Below, piece after piece: positions 40,401 through 51,157 of a DNA stretch of 64,000 nucleotides (position 1 is its first letter; every line of letters begins with the position of its first letter). The stretch lies in assembly GCA_030264375.1 (NCBI GenBank), contig JASCQW010000109.1, positions 28,896,798 through 28,960,797 of the forward strand. Direction: 5' to 3'. Source of the stretch: Carcharhinus longimanus (lineage: Eukaryota). Below the pieces are notes generated by a model. That model ran no database searches. It was given only the letters and a program-made list of their open reading frames with translations, and was not told where the DNA came from. The position numbers and the translations under genes were made by a program.

Positions 40401-41179
40401 TGAGAGCTTTAGCCTTCCCACGCTGGGGTTGGGGGAGTGGAAAAGGAAGCTGAGCACAGGGCTACACAAAACTGCAAATTCACCTCTGAATACAGAGCCA
40501 AAAGGAAAATTAATGCTTGGGGTAGTTGAATAATCAAAATAAAAACAGAAGAGTATACATGGGTGCTGTGAAACATAAAACCAAAAGTCTTATATTAAGC
40601 ATGAGACTGGAGAATCCATGATCTTTTGTAAACACAATCCCCAGTGCTTCTGAATCATTATTGTTTTTCACAGTATTAGGCAAAAATCCAGGAAGAAGCA
40701 CTGACCTTTGAAACGTAAATGCTGGATGACATGATATATAAGGTGCAAGCCATGTTCCACCCCCTCCAGTGAGTTGCTGGGCTGAGCAGCAATGCTGAGT
40801 GATTACTGTGGCCTTCCCTGGTAGATTTTGATAAATTGGGTAAGGTAGGTTATCTTTGGCAGCAGCTTTTGCCTCTAAGTGGCTAGCTAATGAGCTGTCG
40901 GTGATGATCTGGGATCTGGATACTCGACTGCAAAATTTGTGGTAACTCACCTATTTGATCGAAGCAGTGAAGTGGGTGGATTAGAGTACAGTGCTGAACA
41001 ATTTAGACACTGCCTGAACTTCAGTGGAAGTCTCACTATTAAATGTTTGGAGTTGATGTGCTGGGAATGTGGGATATATACCGTTACTGTTCGTGCTGAT
41101 TCTGCTGTGGGTGGTGTTTCTATTAATCCTTACTGGCTGTGGTAGATCTTTGTATTTGCCACCTGGTTGGTAAGCAGAT

Positions 41180-41640
41180 GAACATATTAATTAGGAGCAG
41201 GAGTAGGTCACTCAGCCCTTTGAGCCTGCTCTGCTATTCAATAAGATCATAGTTGATCTGCTTGTAACTTCAACCCCACATTTCTGCCTACCCCTGATAA
41301 CCTTACACCCCCTGTTAATCAGGAATCTAGTGAGCTATTGCCTTAAAGTATTCAAAGACTCTGCTTCCACTGACTTCTGTGGAAGAGAATTCCAGAGATT
41401 CACCATTCGCTGTCTGAAGTGAATAACCCCTAGTTTTAAATTCTCCAACAAGAAGAAACATCCTCTTCAGATTCACCCTCTCAATATCCATCAGTATCTT
41501 AATGGTTTTGATCAAGTTGCTTTTTACTCTTCTAAACTCTAGTAGATACAGACCAAATCTCTCCAACCTTTTCTCATAAGACAACCCACTCACTCCTGGT
41601 ATGAGTCTAATTAACCTTCGCTGAACTGCTTTTAACACTT
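41180..41640 (-). mobile_element. CR1 LINE 3' portion
   Basis: ORF 41327-41689 LKAVQRRLIRLIPG..LSYEKRLER.GLY.LEFRR; terminal ggagcaggagtagg motif. Confidence 0.85.
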
Positions 41641-42269
41641 CTAATTGCTTCTGCATCACATTGGCAAAATACAGAAAAAAAGTTTGCACACTCCATTCAA
41701 AAACATTTTAAATTTCCTTCCATTAATTTTAAAGGAAGGAAAATCAAACAGGCATACCTTTTAAGGTGAGCAGCCCATTACCAAGACCTGCAGCCTACCA
41801 GAAAGCTGGTAGCTTTTCAGTCCCAGCAGTGTCACCGGGAGTGGGATCACAGGAGGTCCCAGAGCAATAACGTCGATAGAGGCATCAAAGGAGAGGTAAG
41901 TGGAGTGGACTCACCGGGTCTATCAGATGCAGTGGGGAGTGGGAGGGAATCTTCCAGCTGGAGCAGCACTTGCCTTCAGATGGCCTTCTGTGGGGCACAG
42001 GTTGCCAGGTCAGGAGGGTTCTCTTCCCAAGCCCTGGGAAGTCAAAAGGATAAACCTGACTGCCTTCTGACATGGTATATGTGAATCCCATTCCAGTAAA
42101 TTGGCATGAACTTTCGCTATGACTTCACACCTCCACTTTAACAGGCTGCTTGATGCACTTCACACATTCCAACGTATTTGGTGCTGACATGTATGATACA
42201 GCGTATTATCATACACTACCTATACATCAGGGAGGGGGTCTGGAAAAAGATAGAGGTTTTTGTCAAGCA

Positions 42270-42700
42270 TCCTGTGCAGCTCCATAACACGATGTGCTCT
42301 ATGGGCTGTTCTCAGTGATGCACAGCAAGATAAACATCAACTGCTGCAGGATAGCCATCAACTCCATGAAAGATGCTCTTTGGTCTGCCTAAAAGCTGTT
42401 TATCTTCCAGTGCAAACAGCAATCCACGACTGAATGTTACAGACTGGCACAAAGGATCAGAATTACATGCTGAGGGACATGCCAAAACTTGGGGCAGCTA
42501 ACACCAAGCTCAAAGGGCTAAGGTCACAATCTGCAGCCCATCAGCCTTGGTTTACTGATGGAATGGAAACTGTGGGAAATTGTTTGGCATCTGAGCATCA
42601 GATACATGAAATATATATTAGAAATATAAACTGCAACATGTACGGTGAGGCACCTCAGAATGTCTTGTTTTGTACATTAAGACATTGATTGCATTGCATT
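42270..42700 (+). mobile_element. Tx1-like (L1 group) LINE 3' fragment
   Basis: VLYGLF..INSMKDALWSA..LFIFQ..ECYRLA..Q NYMLRD..KLGAA motif series. Confidence 0.6.
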
Positions 42701-43029
42701 TATAAAAAGGCAAATTTGATATGAATCAGTGCCATAAATATTGGGTCAACGGTCACCTTCATAGGCACAGAGCCACTGTGGACAGATGAGCATGTCTACA
42801 GACTCTCATTCAGTAGATAATCATTCCTATTGCCTCTTTAGTGAAGTGCAGTGTTTTTATTCATATTCCCTCAATCAGGTCTCTATCTGACATTTACTGT
42901 CTGAACATTCTATAGGGGTAGTAGTTGGAGTGTAACATTTGAATGCTGCGATGGCAAAGACTTTTGGGTCATTTTGATTAGATGAAGTAAATTGAATTGA
43001 ATGGCTTTTCTCATTCATAATTACACAGA

Positions 43030-43297
43030 TTTAAGGTGCAGGGAAGCAAGTACAGAGGTGATGTTAGGGGTAAGTTTTTCACTCAGAGGGTGGGGAGTGA
43101 ATGGAATCGGCTGCCGTCAGCGGTGGTGGATGTGAACTCGCTGGGGTCTTTTAAAAGACTTCTGGATGAGTATATGGGATTTAATGGGATTGGGGGTTAT
43201 GGATAGGTCTATGGATTGGTAGGTGTTGATGTGATCGGCGCTACTCGTGGGCCGAAGGGCCTGTTTGTGTTGTAGTGTTCTATGTTCTATGCTCTAC
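43030..43297 (+). mobile_element. CR1 3' end
   Basis: gtgggccgaagggcctgtt and TTCTATG tail; a similar copy lies at 44145-44294. Confidence 0.8.
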
Positions 43298-43317
43298 GTG
43301 TTTTGTAAATTGGTTGT

Positions 43318-43910
43318 TTTGATTTGATTTGTATTATTGTTACATGTATTAAAAGTATTGTTTTTTACATGCTATATAGACAAAGCATACCATACATCGA
43401 GTACGTAGGAGAGTAGGAAAGGAGAGAGTGCAGATCATAGTGTTACAGTCATAACTAGGTTGTAGAGAAAAGTCAGCTTAATATATGATAGGTCCATTCA
43501 AAACTCTGATGGCAGCAGGGAAGAAGCTGTTCTTGAGTTGGTTGGTGTATGATCTCAGACTTTTGTATCTTTTTCCCAATGGAAGAAGGTAGAAGAGAGA
43601 ATGCCCAGGCTGCCTAGGGTTCTTGATAATGCTGGCTACTTTTTGAGGCAGCGGGAAATGTAGACAGAGTCAATGTATGGGAGGCTGGTTTCTATGAGGT
43701 ACTGGGCTATGTTCATAACTCTTTGTGGTTTCTTGCAGTCTTGGTCAGAGCAGGAGCCATACCAAGCTATCAAACATCTGGAAAGGATGTATTCTATGGT
43801 GCAATATGTAGAAATTGGAAAGAACCATAGCAGACATGCAAATTTCCTTAGCTTCCTGTGACAGTAGAGGCATTGGTGGGCTTTCTTAACTATTGTGTCA
43901 GCAAGAGGGA
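43318..43910 (-). mobile_element. Rex/Babar LINE 3' portion
   Basis: IVKKAHQCLY..RKLRKF..CTIE.IL..C..AWYGSCS.QD.KK.QRV (DUF1891-type C-terminus) and (TTTGA)n end. Confidence 0.85.
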
Positions 43911-44870
43911 TCAGGGCAACTGGATTAGTCGGTCCACCTTGTGTCCAACGAGGGGCATACACGTGAGGGGTTGTACTTGGGCCGCTCTTGGTTGTTCGAG
44001 ATTGGCCTAGTGCTTCATGTCGTTAGTGTGTGCCTAAACTGGACNNNNNNNNNNNNNNNNNNNNNNNNNNNNNNNNNNNNNNNNNNNNNNNNNNNNNNNN
44101 NNNNNNNNNNNNNNNNNNNNNNNNNNNNNNNNNNNNNNNNNNNNCTTTTAAAAGACTTCTGGATGAGTATATGGGATTTAATGGGATTGGGGGTTATGGA
44201 TAGGTCTATGGATTGGTAGGTACTGATGTGATCGGCGCAACTTGTGGGCCAAAGGGCCTGTTTGTGCTGTAGTGTTCTATGTTCTATGTTCTATAATTAC
44301 CTTATAATCTTCAATCATTGCCTAATTAATGATTTAAAGGACATTATTGTGCTATGGTACCAATTCCAGGCCAATTCTCATTTGAAGTATTTTAAACCTG
44401 AGTTCTATGCAAAGAATCATAGAATCTTAGAATCTCTACAGTACAGAAGGAGACCATTTGGTCCACCGAACTTGCACCGATTATCTGATTAACATCCAAG
44501 CCAAGCTATCCCCCATCCCCATAACCATTTACCCCACTAATTTCCCTAACCTACACTTCTTGGAACACTATGTAATTTAGCGTGGCCAACCCACCTAACC
44601 TGGACATCTTTGGTATCTTTATGTCTGCGATGTTAGTTGAGGAAAGAATGTAAACCTAGGCATCGAAATCACTCCCGTGGAATTGTAACACGCAGCAGAA
44701 TGCTTTTGTTTCAGAAGCTCAAGTGAAGTCTGGGACCTCCGATATTGCAACACTTCCTCAGTCCTGCGGTGGAGTGTCAGCGGAATGAGACTCAAGACTT
44801 TCACTATAGTGCTACTAACTGGACCAATGTGCTATGTGCTATCGTCATTGGCCCGGTTGCTTTAAATAGA

Positions 44871-45142
44871 TAAAAGCAAATTACTGAGGATGCTGAATCT
44901 GAAACCAAAAGAGAAAAGGCTGGAAAATCTCAGCAGTTCTGGCAGCATTTGTAAGGATAGAAAAGAGCTGACGTTTCTAGTCCAAATGACCCTTCNNNNN
45001 NNNNNNNNNNNNNNNNNNNNNNNNNNNNNNNNNNNNNNNNNNNNNNNNNNNNNNNNNNNNNNNNNNNNNNNNNNNNNNNNNNNNNNNNNNNNNNNCTGAC
45101 GTTTCGAGTCCAAATGACCCTTCGTCAAAGCAAAGGATAATT
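44871..45142 (-). mobile_element. Short Penelope-derived element with minimal hammerhead motif and 14-bp TSD
   Basis: Flanked by ttgctttaaataga at 44857-44870 and 45143-45156. The internal 100-N gap appears to be an unmerged overlap. Confidence 0.7.
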
Positions 45143-46346
45143 TTGCTTTAAATAGAAATTCTTAGAGTTGGAACGAGCCTCATCCATTGTGTAAAGGTTC
45201 CTGGCGGCAATCTGCAAGAGATGCGAATTCGGGATCGCTGTCTGAATTTTGATATGACAGGAACAAACCTCTCAAATGTCCTGGAATGTGCAGATGTCTG
45301 GGAAATGGACTGCCCATGTGTCCGAGTATTGTCCGATCACTGTGATTTAGACCAATTGTATTTACAGTCTGGCAGCTTCACGTCTCGCTCCACTGTATGA
45401 ATCTCAGCTTAAACCTCAAACGTACCCAAAAAACTCCGCCCCATTCGTCCGCTTAAGGTGCACCTAATACTACAAATTAAACATAGTGTAAAAATGGTTA
45501 CAGCTTGTCATCAACACTAAATAGAAGTTGACTCTGAATTGAAATTGACTGAAACTTCGTTCTCCAGGGAATCATGCCGGATTCAGGCTGCATTTACACT
45601 GTTAAGCGCAGTATCGTTGTGTAATGCAATGAGTCCTATAGTTGTAGAATAAGTGCATCTGTCGTCCAAATTGGCTTTGACATAAATGTATACATATTAT
45701 TTAAAGATTTTATAGCGTTCTGCACCATGCATAATCAATAATGGCTAACAGTTTGATATGAACAACTAAATAGCGGGGTCATGGAAACGTAGAAAATAGA
45801 AACAGCAGTAGGTCATTCGGCCCTTCGATCCTGAACCTAAGATCTGTCTGAATGACCGTTGCCCCAAGAAAGTCTTTCCCTCTGGATTCATTTGCGTGTA
45901 TCGGTGCAGTTTTATCGGTGCGATGTGATTGAATGAGAAACAGCCCCGGATTGATTGCAGTCAGTGAAATATCCGTCTATGTCCATTTTCATGATATACT
46001 CATGTCAGGCATAACAGCTTCTTATGACGTGCTTAACACTCAGCTCAGACGAATTCGTAGTTTGCACTGGGTCCAGTCTTTGACGTTCTCTTTCCTATAG
46101 GTGTCACTTGCGAGTCACTGAAATCCCTGGTTCACGGTTGAATTGACGGTATTGAAGAAGAGTTGTGTCACATTCATAACATATACACGTGCATACAACT
46201 TGGTCTAATCCACTTATTTGTTACAGTATTGTAACAAATACAAATGAAAACTGAGTGTAATAACTTCCTCGATTACTTGGTGTAAGGTGATATCAATAGC
46301 AGAAAAGATAAACAATCGTACATTTTGGGAAACCCAAACTATCAAT

Positions 46347-46480
46347 GCTTTGACAAAAGGTCATCTGGACTCGAAATGTCAGCTCTTTTCTCGCCTACAG
46401 GTGCTGCCAGACCTGCTGAGATTTTCCAGCGTTTTCTCTTTTGATGCTAATCCCAGCATTCGCAGTAATTTGCTTTTATA
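46347..46480 (+). mobile_element. Short Penelope-derived element (CpG-decayed hammerhead)
   Basis: gctttgacaaaaggtcatctggactcgaaatgtcagctc...gcagtaatttgcttttat; inverted relative to the 44871 copy. Confidence 0.75.
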
Positions 46481-47671
46481 TAATGGTCTATTGGGACTGT
46501 ACTGACAGCGGCAGAATCTAACGTTTCTAATAATGGGTAAAGATTTGCAAGTGAATGGGGGTTTTAGAAGAAACCCGACACTACACCTTTTTAGTCTATT
46601 TTTACCTTATCCACACCCGCCTCCCGCCAAGCTTGGTGAACTTCCTATTTCAGAGTTGCTCTAAAAGGTTATTCAATAATGTTGAATGTTTAAAATACGT
46701 ATTTAAACAAACTTTAAAAAACACACGCATTTGTACAATGATTATATATCCGCAGTTGAACTGCTTTGGGACTCAGAAATGTTCAAGCACCCAGTGTATA
46801 TCGCAGGGAAGTCAATCTGAGAAGGTTCTAGAATCTGCATACCACGAATTGTGAATTGTTTCCAGCATCTGATTAAGCACTGAAACCCGTTCCTGTTAAA
46901 ATTACCTGCAGTCAATTAAACTTCTCGAGGAAACCAGTAAAACCAGTCGCTGGTTGCAATTTACCAAGGTCCTGTACCAAGTGACGAGATCACTGAGATA
47001 GCCAGAAATTATTGGGTATTACTAAGGGCTGATTTAAAAGCAGATGTGCACATATATATAATTCCATCTCATGATAACCCCACTGGCTTTACTTCCAAAT
47101 GGTTCTACTGGAAAATAAATATATTTGGAGTTAGGCATTGCAAAGTTAGACACTGATCCGGATCTTCCTCCCGGCTAATCGCCGACTTTGTACTTGTTAT
47201 AAAAGGTCATGGATAGTTGATGTTTTAATTGGGTCAATATTTTGTTAACTCTAGCTAAAATTTTACTCCCTGCGTTTTAATGTTTTGCAAGCCAGCATGC
47301 ATAGGCCCGTCTATCGCATTTATAAAGAAACTCTCGACATGCAATAAGGTACTTTGTTATAAAAAGACACTCGGTAATCATAGAGCTGAGGTTGAATTTA
47401 TTGCAAAGAGTTTGTGTGCTGGTTAACGAAACCGAAATTCTTCCTATTTAACTACTGTTCTGACAGATAATGTGCAATTCCTCCCAAATTTCAGTCCAAA
47501 AAACGGTCACAGAATCTAAGACCACGTCTAGTCTGAGCTACTTTTAAGTGACTGGATTTTAATGAGCAAAGCGAATGCACAACATTGGAAGAGGGGCGTC
47601 CAGTTTGAAACAAAACATTCACCCATTTCAATCCAAAATCACACCACTGAAATGATCTGAATATATAAAGT

Positions 47672-47677
47672 TTTATT
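47672..47677 (-). terminator. Candidate distal polyadenylation signal of adrb2
   Basis: TGTACAAAATAAA on the minus strand (UGUA just upstream), followed by GT/T-rich sequence. Confidence 0.5.
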
Positions 47678-48348
47678 TTGTACACGAACAACAGCCAAAC
47701 ATTGATTCGAAATAATAAATATCCAAAAGTGTCTCATTTCTCAATTGCCTCAATTCATATGAAAGACCAAAATATTTTATGTCTTGTTTTCCATGGTTGT
47801 GCGAAAACATACTGACCAGGAAGGACATCAAGTAAACATTGAACTGCCCCATGCCTGTCCAGCGCCGAAATAACAAGCATTATTGCACATAAACCCACAA
47901 AATATCCGCTTCAAGCGTTGGCGCACAAGAGAATTCTAATACCCGGACACAGAAACTAAACAAATGCCCACAAAAATTTAAAAAAACCAAGATTTAACCT
48001 TTCAGTAAGATAGCTTTTGACTGACATCGGTACAAGTTAACCATTTACCATGGAAGTCTCAGAGCTTTCAGGTCAGGTCACTGTTGTTGACAGTGTGCGA
48101 TCGATGCTGAATCACATTGAAAGCACGCAGGTCTCTGACCGTGCTGGGGGAGGGGAGGGAGAGCCGCAAAATTACAGGTAATGTACGGACCTTATCTTCA
48201 TTTTAACACCAAAGAGCTTGAGTGCCGATTCGAAAGTGCAACATTGCAAAATACGCTTATGCACTTAAAGGTCACGACGAACACGCACACACATACAAAT
48301 ACAGACACAAGCATGTGAACACGCCGGCAACATGAACACACACACACA

Positions 48349-48354
48349 TTTATT
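48349..48354 (-). terminator. Candidate proximal polyadenylation signal of adrb2
   Basis: AATAAA on the minus strand immediately followed by a long GT-rich tract. Confidence 0.4.
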
Positions 48355-49092
48355 ATCCTTTTTGTGAATATTCGTGGAAAAAAGCAATGGGGTTAGCTAA
48401 CTCCTAGCTCTCTAATTGCGCTCAGCAGTTAGTCAACCTGCTGAAAGTCTCTAGCCTAAAGAAATCAGCTGACAACATCTCTTCCTGATACCCAAACATT
48501 CCAACATGGTCACCCACAACTGCACTGTACATCTCAACTGTGCTGTGATGTACTCTCTTTACATACACTGTAATGAATTGGTCAGCACTCTCTGCGCGCT
48601 TATACCCCAGGTATTTACTCTTTAACGTCCTAACACTACTATAGTGACTGGACTCCCAACATTTCCAGGGAACTCATTCAACCCTACAACTTGTTTAGAA
48701 TCACTTTGAACCGAACTCCTTCAAGTTTCGCCACCTTGCTCACAGCCCAGTATAAACAATTAGCATCCCGATGGAAAGGAGGGCGCAAAATACAAACAAA
48801 AAAATTAATGCTTTCAGTAAGGTCGACATGGCCTTTAGAAATAGGCATCATGCGAGTTTGTAAACATATAGACATTCACTGTTAATGCTCACGTAGCAAT
48901 ACTCGATTCTTGTCCTTCTGTTTGCACAGCTGGCCACATCTCCCAGAGGTGTCACACACCTCCACCACAATGTTGCTGCATTGTGTTGACAGAATTATGA
49001 GGTAGGCGAATGCATGAAGTTGGGACACTCGTGTCACTACTGAGTCCCCCCACTGATGCCTCACTCCGGTGTCCTCTCCGCCAGCTGCCGGT

Positions 49093-50352
49093 TTAGATGA
49101 CCGAGTCGAGCAGCCGGTGCTGGTTGCCGCTGGCGTCGGGGCTGCAGCTGGGCGGAGTGGCCGCCACCGAGGCAGCGCCACAGTGCAGCATGCAGCCGTT
49201 CTCCTGGCGCTCCTCGCTGGGCACCGTGGGGTAGTTGCTGTGGTGGGCCGAGGGCAGGGAGCCCCGGCAGCCCCACAGCACCGTCTTGAAGGCGTGCCTG
49301 AAGTCGGAGCTCCGGCAGTAAATCAGGGGGTTGAAGGCAGAGTTGGAGTAGCCCACCCAATTCAGGAAGGTGAAGACGGTGTTGGAGATGCTGTCTTTGA
49401 AGATGACATTGACGATGTTCACCACGAAGAAGGGCAGCCAGCAGAGTGTGAAGACGCCCATTATAATCCCCAGCGTCTTAAGAGCTTTGTGCTCCTTCAG
49501 GTTAAGGAACCTGGACGTCCTTTTGTGGCCGGGCTTGCCAGCCTTGCCATTGGCAGTGGGCACAGCAGCAGCAGAGGGGGTCAGGTTGTTGTTGTGGTTG
49601 TTGAAGCGACCCTGGCACTTGTTGATCTTCTTCAGCTGCTGCCTGGCTTCCTGAAAGACCCGGGTGTACAGAAAGATCATGACCAGCAGCGGAAAGTAGA
49701 AGGAGACGATGGAGGAGGAGATGGCGAACTCCTTGTTGGTGAGGAACTCGCAGCAGCGCGGGTCGGCGTAACACTTCATGGACTCGCGGTCGTCCAGCCT
49801 CCACCAGCCCATGTAGATGGGCAAGAAGGAGGTGAGAGCCGCCACCAGCCACACCACCAGCACCACCATCCGCGCCTTGCACTTGGTCAGCAGGCTCTGG
49901 TAGCGGAAAGGCGAGGTGATGGCCAGGTAGCGGTCCAGGGCGATCACACACAGGGTGCCAATACTCGCCGTAACGCACAGCACGTCCACCGAGGTCCAGA
50001 AGTCGCACCAGAAGTTTTCAAAGTACCAGACGCCGGTAATGCTGCGGACTCCGGCGAAAGGCACGACGACCAGTCCCATCACCAGGTCCGCACAGGCCAG
50101 CGAGGTGATGAAATAGTTAGTGACCGTCTGCAGCCGCTGGAAGCGGGCGATCGCCGTGATCACCAACACGTTGCCGAAGACGATCATCAGCACGATTACC
50201 GACATGACAATACTGACAATGATCTTCCCGCCGGGGCTCAGCTCCTTCCTGGCGGTGTTGCTGTCGGTGGTCGGAGCCGAGCTGGCGTTCAGCAGCTCCG
50301 GGGCCAGGGAGTAGTAGGTGCCCTCCTCCGAGCTGGTAACCTGAGATCCCAT
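49093..50352 (-). CDS. adrb2: Beta-2 adrenergic receptor, intronless class A GPCR, 419 aa
   Basis: Seven TM segments with GN, LACADL, D3.32 (SVDVLC), DRY, SSxxS in TM5, CWLPFF and NPLIY. Beta-2-type strings [25 protein letters not shown] and [15 protein letters not shown], and a C-terminal DSVI (human DSLL). First ATG at 50352 in a strong Kozak context (GAGATGG); the ORF track starts 6 nt earlier at a TTG. Confidence 0.93.
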   Translation of the reverse strand: MGSQVTSSEEGTYYSLAPELLNASSAPTTDSNTARKELSPGGKIIVSIVMSVIVLMIVFGNVLVITAIARFQRLQTVTNYFITSLACADLVMGLVVVPFAGVRSITGVWYFENFWCDFWTSVDVLCVTASIGTLCVIALDRYLAITSPFRYQSLLTKCKARMVVLVVWLVAALTSFLPIYMGWWRLDDRESMKCYADPRCCEFLTNKEFAISSSIVSFYFPLLVMIFLYTRVFQEARQQLKKINKCQGRFNNHNNNLTPSAAAVPTANGKAGKPGHKRTSRFLNLKEHKALKTLGIIMGVFTLCWLPFFVVNIVNVIFKDSISNTVFTFLNWVGYSNSAFNPLIYCRSSDFRHAFKTVLWGCRGSLPSAHHSNYPTVPSEERQENGCMLHCGAASVAATPPSCSPDASGNQHRLLDSVI

Positions 50353-50443
50353 CTCCAAAAGAGGGGATTGTGGAGGGGGGGGAGGGGGGCGGCCAGAGCA
50401 CCTCAGCTAAGCGGCAGAAGCTTGTTCCCACCCCCTACTTCTG

Positions 50444-50515
50444 TCAAACGGCGGCCCGGCTTCTATCTCTTCTCTCCCGGCCGGCCACTCGGCCCCCTCG
50501 CACTCTCCTGTGCAT
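50444..50515 (-). promoter_or_regulatory. Upstream ORF in adrb2 5' leader, MHRRVRGGRVAGRERRDRSRAAV (23 aa)
   Basis: Read by hand: ATG at 50515 to TGA at 50444. It is the only ATG between the TATA-like box and the main ATG. 9 of 23 residues are Arg. Confidence 0.65.
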
Positions 50516-50562
50516 AGCTGTGCTTTCAGAAAGCTGTACCAAAGCTTTCGCCTCTCTCTCTA

Positions 50563-50604
50563 CTTATAGCCACACAGAGGACGTCATCTCCTCATCAGAC
50601 CAAT
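50563..50604 (-). promoter_or_regulatory. adrb2 core promoter: reverse CCAAT box, CRE-like site, TATA-like box
   Basis: Sense strand reads gccATTGG (50604-50600), TGACGTCC (50586-50579, 7/8 match to CRE) and TATAAG (50568-50563) in that order, about 215-250 nt upstream of the ATG. Confidence 0.7.
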
Positions 50605-51157
50605 GGCTGTATATTTTCTAACTTCAAACTGTACAGATTGCGCAGACATCCTCTGTGCCTAACACTATTTACCCTCCAGCGTGAGAAAGGGGCCCAAGAT
50701 CCCTGTCAATTCTGCTCCCGGGTGTTGATTCAAGGCACCGCATCTCCCTGCAGCGTGCTTCAGGGTTGATTTAATAGTGTCACGTAGGCTTACATNNNNN
50801 NNNNNNNNNNNNNNNNNNNNNNNNNNNNNNNNNNNNNNNNNNNNNNNNCCCCCCCCGCCCCAATTCAGGCAGCTCACCCTATTCATACAGTCGCAAAACA
50901 CGCTATTATTGCAAAGTCTTTTCCGGGATATTGGGCGCAAAAATTCATCTCTCTCAAGCATTTTCTGTTTTTATTTCAAAAACACTGACCTGTCAGATTC
51001 TAGCCTGCAGTCAAAGTGGTGGCAGCACGGCCACTAAAGTTTTTGAGGAATTTCTCCCTCCGGCTAACTGAGTTTGCTGGGGGGTTCCGAGGTACCAACC
51101 CAACACCCACCCACCTGGTTTCAATTTCACCCTCTCCCCGTGTCTCAATGGATGGAA

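Larger units (their letters stand above)
49060..50520. promoter_or_regulatory. CpG island over adrb2 CDS and leader
   Basis: Visibly high GC and dense CG dinucleotides compared with the AT-rich, CpG-poor flanks (not computed). Confidence 0.85.

Noticed and set aside
49069-50517. 482-aa plus-strand ORF antisense to adrb2
   Set aside because: Starts at GTG, lies in codon register with the GC3-rich GPCR and has no recognisable domain; a typical antisense shadow ORF.
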